A stretch of 64,000 bases of DNA from an uncultured virus (IMG/VR IMGVR_UViG_3300005674_000175) (Duplodnaviria > Heunggongvirae > Uroviricota > Caudoviricetes): the IMG/VR virus record IMGVR_UViG_3300005674_000175; one strand, 5' to 3'. The notes under the pieces were generated by a model that was not told where the DNA came from, ran no database searches, and saw only the letters and a list, made by a program, of their open reading frames with translations. The translations under genes and the position numbers were made by a program. Below, one piece after another: positions 10,881 to 20,900 of this stretch. Numbering within the stretch: position 1 is the stretch's first letter; each line of letters begins with the position of its first letter.

Positions 10881-12455
10881 TTGACATTGGCTATTCTATC
10901 TGTTCTATATAAATGGTCGGTTCCAGATACATTCGATATCAATTTCGAATGGAGAATTGTCTCTCCGGCTGCTCCTACGCAAATTCCTACGCTTCTTACT
11001 TCTGGTCCGCAAAATGCAATTAATAGACCAACTCTTGTTTATCCGAATGGCGGAGAAGATATTCTTTCTAGAGAGGTGGAAGTTCTTTGGAAGGAACCAG
11101 TTCCTGCGTCTACAGACAGTCTTGATGTATGGTATGAGATTTACTTTACTGAAAACTATGATTACATGACAGAGCCAGATTGGAAGATGATTGCTTCCGT
11201 TCCAACTGGTATCGGGAAGTATTTATGGAAGATTGGTAATAGCATAAAGAGCAGTAACGTAAGAGTTGGTATTCGAGCAGTAAACGGAAGGGGAGAAAGA
11301 AGCGAGATATCTGTATCTGCTGCATCTTTCTCTATTAGAAAGTCACTACCGATTGCTCCATCCGTTTTGTCTCCAATGCCAAACTCTCGTTATGGAACAA
11401 GTGTCAAGTTTGTATTTGATGATTCTTCTGTTATAAATAGCTTTTCGCAAAGAGCAAAGTATTACATTTACTTTAGTTCATCAAAAGCAAGCATTCCATT
11501 TACTCCTGTTGCGCAAAAAATACCAGTAGGTTCTGGCCCTATAATATGGGATACATCTTTGCTTCCTCCATCAGATGATTATGTTATAACGGTATATCTT
11601 GCTGACGATGATGGGAACAAATCGCAAGAAGTCAATATTAGAAACGTTTCAATCATACAAGAGGGCTTTTTCCTTGTAGATACAAAGCCTCCTACTGGAT
11701 ATATACAGATAAACGATGCAGATCAGTTTACAAAGAAGCTAGACGTATCTATAAAGATGTACTCTTATGATGAGACAACAGACGTTCATGCTATGCAGTT
11801 TATTGAAGAAGCGACTCCTGATGAAATCATTGGACCTCCAGAATCATTTGCAAATGTAAAGTATTGGACATTGAGCGATAGCGATGGAGAGAAGGTTGTA
11901 AAAGCCAAGTTCCAAGATTACGGCGGAAATAGAACTGGTTCTGAAGAGAGAACGTTTAGAACTCTTTTTGATATAGAAAACAATGATATTGCTGATATAG
12001 TTGTACAAGAATCTACCGGAGATGTTTGGCTTGCTAAGAATGGAAGCCAGCCATCGTTGTACAAGTTTTCTCCCGGTAGTTCTTTTATAACTTATGTAAA
12101 TGAAGAGATAAACTGTTTAGCAATCTTTGGGGATATCCCGTATGTATCAGTAAAGACTTCTGATAGTACGGCTTTGGTTTATAGATGGACAGGTTTTGTT
12201 TTGGAAGAAATCATAAGTTTGGATTTGATTGATTCAGAAATCATTGCCATGTATCATTTTGATAATAAGCTTTTTATGGGATGCAAGAATGGAAATCTAT
12301 ACAGTTATGATGGAGCTACGATTAGTCTTGTAAAGACTTTCTCTTCGCAGATTGGAAGGCTATATTCCGATAATTCATTGTTGTACATAATATTGAGAAA
12401 CTCGAAAATGATACAAATATATGACGGTCAAACGTTTTTGGAGATTAGCGTATGA
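10881..12455 (+). CDS. Fn3/Ig-like plus C-terminal beta-propeller protein (putative structural)
   Basis: PTLVYPNGGE...W Ig-like start; DTKPPTGYIQIND...KAKFQDYGGN Ig-like domain; WD-like blades at the C-terminus. Confidence 0.6.
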   Translation: MTLAILSVLYKWSVPDTFDINFEWRIVSPAAPTQIPTLLTSGPQNAINRPTLVYPNGGEDILSREVEVLWKEPVPASTDSLDVWYEIYFTENYDYMTEPDWKMIASVPTGIGKYLWKIGNSIKSSNVRVGIRAVNGRGERSEISVSAASFSIRKSLPIAPSVLSPMPNSRYGTSVKFVFDDSSVINSFSQRAKYYIYFSSSKASIPFTPVAQKIPVGSGPIIWDTSLLPPSDDYVITVYLADDDGNKSQEVNIRNVSIIQEGFFLVDTKPPTGYIQINDADQFTKKLDVSIKMYSYDETTDVHAMQFIEEATPDEIIGPPESFANVKYWTLSDSDGEKVVKAKFQDYGGNRTGSEERTFRTLFDIENNDIADIVVQESTGDVWLAKNGSQPSLYKFSPGSSFITYVNEEINCLAIFGDIPYVSVKTSDSTALVYRWTGFVLEEIISLDLIDSEIIAMYHFDNKLFMGCKNGNLYSYDGATISLVKTFSSQIGRLYSDNSLLYIILRNSKMIQIYDGQTFLEISV

Positions 12456-13870
12456 GCCATTCTTTCCAGAAACAAGAGATAGTGGGAACGTATGACCTTA
12501 CTTCTACGGATAAGGCATCTTATAGCCTTACTGATACTTCTGCGTTCAAGATACAGTTTGTAAAAACAGATGAATCTATAACTCCATATGTATCTGCAAA
12601 GTTTTGTGTTTTGACCGTAGAAGGTATTAAGGTGTTTGGGGGAGTTTTCCTTGATTCATCCGGCACTGAGTCTACTGTTATACAGATTCCAATAACAGGT
12701 CAAAGTATTGGAGATTTGGTTGAATCTCTTAATACATACGCTGATGTTGAAGCTGAAGTTGAGAACTCCATGAGCTTTGTTTCTTCTTTATCTCTTTATG
12801 ATACTGCGTTTACACAGTCATCTGGTTCTTGGGTGTATTTTTCTGTGGCAAATGAGGGGATAAATTCTGTTTATTCTACAATAGGAAGCGGTCTAAGATT
12901 GTTTTTGACTTCTCCAGAACCATTATCTGAACAGAAAAATGTTACTCAATCATTTGGCGGTTATACTAGTACGAATGAACTTTATGGAGGGATTTCTCTT
13001 TCTTCTGCTATGTCCGTATATGATACGGTTCTGTATCTTGGAGACTCTGTTACTGATGGATTTTCAATTGTAGATTTGCAGAAAAATGAATATGTTCAAA
13101 TAGATGATGAAATAATTCGTATCAGCAAGTGGTCTGGTGTTACAGGATATATTTCTGAAAGGAATGTTTATGGAACTCCTTTTAGAATGCATCCTAAAGG
13201 CGCTATTGTTAGAGAACTAGTAAAGAACAGTTTTTTCGATTTGAATTTTGGTACAGAAAGAAAACAATATCGTTGCGTAGTTATAAAAAACATTAACACA
13301 AGCGAAATTGCGAAAGATTTGAAGGTATTTTTCGGTCTTAATAGTAGAAATAACTTATCATACACCAAAATTGCAATAGAAGTACCTTCTAGCGATTACT
13401 ATGCCGGTGCATCATCCTCTTCTGGTATAACTGCTTTTTCTGTTGCGAGCTTGGTGGGAGCTTTCCCGGACAATCATTTTGTAAACGCTCCAATAGCTTT
13501 TATATCTGGAAGTAATAACGGACAAAGTAGGCTTATCAAGTCTTTCAATTCAAGTAGCGGCACTATAGAATTAGATGAAAGGTTGCCAAACTACATCGCG
13601 ATAGGAGACCAATTCTATATTGATACAGCCCCATCAAGCAGAACAAAATCCGGAGGTAAAACTCCGACTGGAGCGAATATCTCAGAGTTTTTTGATGCAA
13701 ATGACGAAACTAATGCTATCTCAATAAATGTTGGAGGCCAAAGAGCAAGCGGAGCAGATTTGAAACCAAATGAAGCTATTTATGTTTGGATAGAACGCTC
13801 TATTTCAGAATCTAATGATGAGTTTTTAGATAACAGATTTGCTTTGAGCTTTATCTATAGTAGGGTATAA
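12452..13870 (+). CDS. Putative phage tail/baseplate-associated protein
   Basis: DNHFVNAPIAFISGSNNGQSRLIKSF...LPNYIAIGDQFYI resembles the beta-barrel segment of phage tail-hub proteins; YRCVVIKN and AIYVWIERS motifs; ATGA overlap with the upstream gene. Confidence 0.45.
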   Translation: MSHSFQKQEIVGTYDLTSTDKASYSLTDTSAFKIQFVKTDESITPYVSAKFCVLTVEGIKVFGGVFLDSSGTESTVIQIPITGQSIGDLVESLNTYADVEAEVENSMSFVSSLSLYDTAFTQSSGSWVYFSVANEGINSVYSTIGSGLRLFLTSPEPLSEQKNVTQSFGGYTSTNELYGGISLSSAMSVYDTVLYLGDSVTDGFSIVDLQKNEYVQIDDEIIRISKWSGVTGYISERNVYGTPFRMHPKGAIVRELVKNSFFDLNFGTERKQYRCVVIKNINTSEIAKDLKVFFGLNSRNNLSYTKIAIEVPSSDYYAGASSSSGITAFSVASLVGAFPDNHFVNAPIAFISGSNNGQSRLIKSFNSSSGTIELDERLPNYIAIGDQFYIDTAPSSRTKSGGKTPTGANISEFFDANDETNAISINVGGQRASGADLKPNEAIYVWIERSISESNDEFLDNRFALSFIYSRV

Positions 13871-13871
13871 A

Positions 13872-14939
13872 ATGGAACAAATTTCTCTGAACATATTAGA
13901 GACCGACTATGTAAGATTTCTAGTTAAAGATACTGCTAGGATTTTCTTGAAGTTTGAATCAGCTCCTTTGATTGATGAAATTAGCGGTCAAGTCGTTATG
14001 CTTTCTGGAGAACAGTTTCCATTTCTTGAAAAAACAGATTATGGAAATGGAATAAGACTAAAGCCGAAGTCTTCTCTTTCTACTCCTTTGCTTTTGCAGA
14101 ATACGTCTGAGTTCTCTATTGGGTTTTGGCTAAGACCTCACTGGGTAACGCCAACGATTAGCCCATTAACTAACCTTCCTGTTTATTATAGAATGGCATT
14201 GTTTGATAAGTCTGCTTTTTCTTATTCAAGCTACGGAGGATTTGTAAGCTCCTCGAACGGAACATTTGTCATATATGAGGAGAGTAGAGAAGATGGTTTC
14301 AATGTAATGAAGATTCAACTTACTAGTTCTGACAAAAGAACTGTATCTGTTGAAACGGAAAGATACGAAACTGGTAAGATGCATCATTTCTGGATAGCAT
14401 ATTATGGACCGTCTAGGAGACTTGAGGTTTACATAAACGGAGTGCAAGCAAAGTTGTTCTCTGAAGATGGATTGGCAATACCTCAAAGCCTTAACTCGAA
14501 CTCTTACTATTTCAATATCAATAACTCGGCTATTGGGTATAGCGCTTTGATAAGAGCAAATGCCGGATTGCTTGATGAGCTTGTTGTTCTTAATTCTTAT
14601 GTTGTTGATTCTAAGACTTTGGCTAATGTTATAAATCTTGGAGTTGAATACATAATAGATAAGTCTTTACTATACAAAGATATTGTACACAAATGTTTTG
14701 CATGCGATGACCCAACCTCTTTAGGCGTTACTTCTGTTCTTAGTAATGGAAAGAACTTCTATGCAGGAAGGAATGATGGAGTTGTGTTTAGAGGCGATAG
14801 AACTATGTGGCAGGTTAGAAGAGATTTTGCCAATAAAGACGAAATTAAGTTTGTGAAGAAGAATGTATTCGATTCTAGTTCGGAGATTAGTGTTGAAGAT
14901 GGGGCTTTAAAGCTATACAAGGCTTCAGTTAGGATTTGA
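13872..14939 (+). CDS. LamG/concanavalin A-like lectin-fold protein
   Basis: FSIGFWLRP...HHFWIAY...LEVYING...GLLDELVVLN follows the LamG-like pattern. Confidence 0.7.
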   Translation: MEQISLNILETDYVRFLVKDTARIFLKFESAPLIDEISGQVVMLSGEQFPFLEKTDYGNGIRLKPKSSLSTPLLLQNTSEFSIGFWLRPHWVTPTISPLTNLPVYYRMALFDKSAFSYSSYGGFVSSSNGTFVIYEESREDGFNVMKIQLTSSDKRTVSVETERYETGKMHHFWIAYYGPSRRLEVYINGVQAKLFSEDGLAIPQSLNSNSYYFNINNSAIGYSALIRANAGLLDELVVLNSYVVDSKTLANVINLGVEYIIDKSLLYKDIVHKCFACDDPTSLGVTSVLSNGKNFYAGRNDGVVFRGDRTMWQVRRDFANKDEIKFVKKNVFDSSSEISVEDGALKLYKASVRI

Positions 14940-14944
14940 CATAA

Positions 14945-17900
14945 ATGGCTATTTCTATAACGAGTGTTTTGGTCAATAACAAAGAAACGCAACAAGGAAC
15001 AGTGATTGTTCCTCTTGGTGCGGTTACTATCAATTGGGACACACAAACAACTTCTCCATCTATAAAGCAGTTGTCATATGAAATTAGAATAGGAAAGCAT
15101 ACTATTAATTGGGGAGGTAACGATTATATCCCTGATATATTAAAGCAGCCATATGCTAGAGACAGGTCTCAGTATTGGAGATTGAAGCAAAAATTCGTAC
15201 AAAGAGGAGATACCTATTACGGTCAAATTCGAGTCAAGGATACGACTGGAGAAGAGAGCGAATGGGTTAAGTTTTCATTCATTGTAAATCGTTTGCCGTT
15301 TTTAACATATGCAAAGATAACTCCTGAACAACCGTCTGAATCTACTGATTTGGAGCTTGATATTGGTTCTTCTTCGGAGTTTGTTTCTATAAAAACAAAA
15401 TGGATGCGTAATGGTACGCATTATTCTCAGTTTGATAACTATCAGAAAATTTCTAAAGAATATTTGAGGTATGGCGATACTTGGTATTGCGAAATTACGC
15501 CTTTTGATATGCTTGAAAATGGTCCAACTATTACGGCTAAGTCTGTGAGCGTAACGAAGTTGTCTCCTGAAGTTGATTCTATAAACATATTACCAATTAA
15601 TCCTAATGTAGATGATATTCTTGAGGCAAGTTATTCTATCAACGATCCCAATACGCAAACAATACTTGTTGGCGATAAGAGTCAAATTAGATGGTATATA
15701 AATAATGAGCTTATAACTGAAGCAAATGATGAAAAGTTTGTAAAGTTTGCCTTAAAGCCAAAAGATGAAGTATATTTCACAGTAACTCCTAGCGATGGGA
15801 TCTTCTATGGGGCCACAATGTCCTCTAGAAGCGTTATAATACAAGATCCTGGATTTAGGGTTGTAAGTCTCAAAACCGATGGACTTGTTGAAAATCTGAG
15901 CGTAAACAGCGTAAATCCGACTATTGAATGGGATGTTATCTCTCCATTTGACAGATCCAGCAGGTATGCTCATATAAAGATTGGCACCGCTCCTGGCGCT
16001 GACAATATTTATAACAATATCATAGAGACTTATGATAATAAGTTCACGATTCCTGATAATGTTGTTCGCAGAGGCGTAGATTACTATGTTTCCGTTGCAA
16101 CTAATGACATTAAAGATGCTTTTACAAATTATGAAATAGGAAGATTTAGGGTTGCTGGTAATCTTTGGGAAAGAGAAGTTAGTAACGGGACTGGATGGAC
16201 AATGGAGTTGTCTATAAGCGTTAGCGGAAGCGGATATCAGAGAATGTCCATTTCTGATGGCTCTAAATTCGCAGAAATAAGATTCTATACTTCTAAGATT
16301 GAATTATTGCTTGGAAAGAGCAGTATCAAGGTTTTTGATACAGACGTATCTGTACCAAAGAATATCATAATCATTGGAAAGAATAGCGATATAAAGGTTT
16401 TCTCAGAGAACAATCTAATTCTTGATGGAACTTCAGAGTTTATACAAGCCGCAACAGAGAGGTTTATAGAAATAGGTTCTAATGGAGGCTCCGAAGCCAC
16501 TGGATTTGTAAAGAGAATAGCCTATAATGTTAGCGGAGATTATGAGCCAGGCGCTTCTGTATATTCAGATATAAGACTAGAAAAGTTTGTTAGCTTTACA
16601 GGAATGTCTATTGCTGATGTTACAGAACACGAAGGAGATGTTCTTGTTGCTGCAAATAGTTTGAATCAATCAGAAAGCGGTAAGATATTCAAAATCAAGG
16701 AAACTGAAAAACCCGTTCTTGCGGCAACGGAAAACGCAGACGTATTTGGAACAAAGATAAACGCATTTGCATTGTCTCCGGAAGAAAACATACTTTATAT
16801 CGCTCATGGATATGGCGCAAGCTTTTTCGATAGTTACTTTATTCCCAAATACGATAGCGACTCTTTGTTTGTTGCAGGATTTGATCCATCTATAAACTTC
16901 TGGGAATTAACAAAGACAACCCCATTCAATGCCGCTTCATATATAGAAGAAGGTCTTGTAATTGATACAACTGTTTCAACGAGACAGTCTGAACTTTCTC
17001 AGTCATCTACCGAAGTTATTTCAACTGTTCATACAAATGCAATATCATTTTTCTCTGTTTACGATTCAATATTTAGCTATGATTTCGATATTCAAATAAC
17101 TAGTGATACTCTTACGATAAGATTGTACAACTCAGATACAGTTGTTTATACTACAACAACTGTTGATAAGAGTATTAGCGATGTTGTTGAAGAGCTTAAG
17201 GGTCTTGTTGGTTCGGAAACCTATTTCTTTGCTTTGTTCTTTGATATCTTTGTAACAGAAGCCAATATTGGGCCTCAAGCCGCAACGAGACTCGATGTAA
17301 TAGAAAGAACTCATCTTTTCCCAACTCTTAATTTGTCAGGCTATTATCAGGTTATAGACCCATATAACCCTTCTCCTTATGGAACTCTTTCTACTGGTAA
17401 ATGGTTCTACTCTCACAGAAAGAAGGGAACTCCTTGGTTTGAAAGAGTTGATAACGCAAAAGGATGGACGTTGGACTTTGATTTTAGAGTTGATGATTTC
17501 GAAGATAGCGATACTCCTGCAAATACTGGTAGTCCAAAGGGAGTTGGATTCTATGTAAATGATGGATATTACTACAATAACATATGGTTCTTGCCTCAAG
17601 AAATTATATTCGAAAGTTCCAATCAATCGTTTGTGTATGATACTACAGAAATGACAAGTTATAGGCTTGTTGGCAAGAAGTCTAGAATGAAGCTGTATGG
17701 AAAGAAAGCTTCAGATCAGCAATATAGCATTATCGCTGATGTAAACACGGAGTCAGTTGCTACTAATCAGGGAAATGCAGGAAGACCCTCTGTTGTTACA
17801 GATTCTTCTGGAGTTTTGCATGCTGTATGGCATGATGATGGTAATGGTATAAATAGAAGGCAGATTTATTACAATACATTTGTGAACGAGCAATGGGGCG

Positions 17901-20900
17901 AACCTGTTTTGATTGTTTCGGATGGATTTAGCTCGCAAAATCCAAGTATAGCAATTGACTCTCTTGATAATGTATATGTAGTTTATGAAACAACAAGGGC
18001 AGACTACACAGATATTGCTGTTATAACTAAGAACTCGGCAGGGTGGTCAGAGTCTTATCTATTAACATCTAATCTATATGATTCTTTCAATCCAAAGATT
18101 GCAATTGATAGCAAAAATAATGTTCATGTTGTTTGGGAAGATAATAGATACTCTCAATCTCAAATATTCTATTGCAGAAGGAACGCATCAAATGGGCAAT
18201 GGGAAAGCCAGTCTTTTGGCGGAACAGATGCGCAGGTAACTTCAGAAGCTGTTGGAGCTAAGAGGCCTGACATTACAGCTAGCAACACTAGTGTTTTCTT
18301 GTCTTGGACGGCATTTGAGAGAAATGGTTCATCTTCTATCAAAATGGCTATTTATGATGATGGAACAAAGACATGGAAATCAAAGGCTAACGGAGGTATA
18401 GATTTCGCCGTATCTGGAATCGGTTCGCTTAAGGCGGATAACTCAACGATATGCGTAGATATGAAGGGTCAAGTTGTCGTTGTATGGCAAGACGTTGTTG
18501 ATTACAATATACAGCTATTTGGAAGACATATCAACCCTAGACTTGTATTTGCTAAACCGATTGAACAACTTACGAGCGGAGATTATGATTCCACTCATCC
18601 TAAGAGCGGACTAAATACGAGCAATGGCGACGTATATGTTGTATTCGAGAAACAGCAGGAAATGATTGTTTCTCCGTATGATGCTTATGTTACAAGAGAA
18701 AATGATGTAAGTTTCCAAAGCCCATCAGTATCTCTTTTGAAGTGGGATGCTGCTTTGCAGGTCTGGTATAGCAGTAATCAAAGCAGGCCAAGCCCATATA
18801 CTCAAAGTTTTGATGTTAACTTTAGTGTTATATTACCAAGAGAGTTTTTCAGGCCAACGATTCCTGATAGGTTCAGCGGGCCTCTTCATATTTTGGTTGA
18901 AAGTTCGTCTGTTTCAAATAGCGGAGAGGTTTTGCCAAATCAAGACTTCTTTATTCAAACCAAAGATATCGTATATGATTATTCGTTTGTTCCTACATAT
19001 TCAGTGCCGTCTCATGAAAGCGGAGTCTATGGAGAGCATTCTCTTAGCGGCGTTCTAATGAGAAAGGAGCTAAGGTTTGGAGACTTCTCTGACAACTTGG
19101 CCGCTAGAATCGTAATAGGAAGATTGAAGTATTATCTTTCTGATTCTGTTACTCCATTTGGTATAAATCTGGTATCTTCTGCTACAACAAATATCCCCAA
19201 GACAGAAGTTCTTTCTGTTGCGGCAAATAATGATGGAGATTCTTGGATAGGAACTCCAAATGGTCTAATCTATTATGACAGAGAATCGAACCAGGCTTAC
19301 ATGCTTGACTCTGCCAACTATAACATCAATGGATTGTCAATAAATTCAATTGCATTTGACAAGAAGGCTAATATGTTCTTGTCAACGTCTTCTGGAACGT
19401 ATGCAAGCTCAGACCATTCCTATTTCTTCAAACTCAACGGCAATTTACCAGAATCTCCAATAGCTATTGATATAGATAGCACGGATAAGATGTATATCGT
19501 ATCTAATGAAGGACTATATGTTGTTAAACTTAATAACATATACAATAGTCTTGTTTTGACTAAAGAGAATGTATCTGAAACAAGGGTTATTGATGTTGCG
19601 GATAGCGATATTACTAAGGTTGATGAATCTTCCGGTTTGCCAACAAACATTCTTACTTCCGTAAAGGTTGATGCATCAGGTGTTGCATGGATTGGTTCTG
19701 AAAGCGGGCTTATTCGTTATTCTGATGGAGAAATAACGGTATTTACAACTGCAAACGGATTGAATTCCAACAAGGTTAATGATGTTGCTATTAGAAATAC
19801 AGCCATACGTTACATTGCTACAACTGCCGGTGTCAATAAAATGGTTGGTATTAGTATTTCTTCTTTGAACTTTGATAACACCAACTCTCCTCCATCAGCA
19901 AAGATACAGACAGGAATAGGAGATGTAAATCTTCCAGTGTTTATTAATGCAAGAGCTATCAAATGGAGAGATCCAAATATTCTATGGATAGCGTCTAGCT
20001 ATAATGTTTTCCAAGTAACTTTTGTTGAAGAATCTTTTACCACGGAAAAGACAGAAATCACAAAGTTTACAAGTCGAGACTTTACTTTGAATCCTGTACA
20101 GCCTGCTAGAAATGATGATTTGCAGACGTTCAGATTGATAGGTTTGGATAACAAGCAAATATCTGAAAATGCAGTATTTGAAGTTATAATTAATGGCAAT
20201 AGAATAACGAGAGGCTATTCGTTCTCTCCAAAGAACAAGCTTATTAAGTTTGATTATCCATTGTCAGAAACTGATATTGTCAAGGTAAATGTTCGTTTTG
20301 ATATTGAGAAGATTGGCGATTTCGCTCAGAACAAGGCGCAACAGATAGCAATAGGAAATAAGTCAACTAAGCTTGAAAAGGTTCTTTCTTCTGGCGGAAG
20401 TATATTTGCTCAAACTGGTGGAGATATCAATACTCTTCAGATAAATGATTCGCAAAGCGATTTACCATTTGACAAGATTATTCTTGACAGAGTTCCTCCA
20501 AGAGGCAAAATAACTCTAGGAGACAGAAGAGAAAGAAATGTTTTTGAAGTGAATGTCTCTCCTCTTGAAGATGATATAGAGGGAATATTTGATGATGTAT
20601 CCGGCATTGATAAGATGGTGGTTTCTAACTTCACCAACTTTACTTCTGATGGAGAGGTTCCTATTGAGCCAATGGTCTTTACTCGTTTCTTGCTACATAA
20701 TGTAGGAGAAATCTTTGACTCAGTAACAAGACAGTTTACTTTTGTCAATGGAAAAGGAAGAAGAATGCTTTCTTACCAGCCTGTTGGCGGCAATCAGGCT
20801 CTTCTTGCTGGAACCGCTGAGCCAGCGAATGTTTATAAGTACAACTGGAACTCGCAGACATGGGATTTGATAGATACCCTTGATATAGTTGATGGGGTTG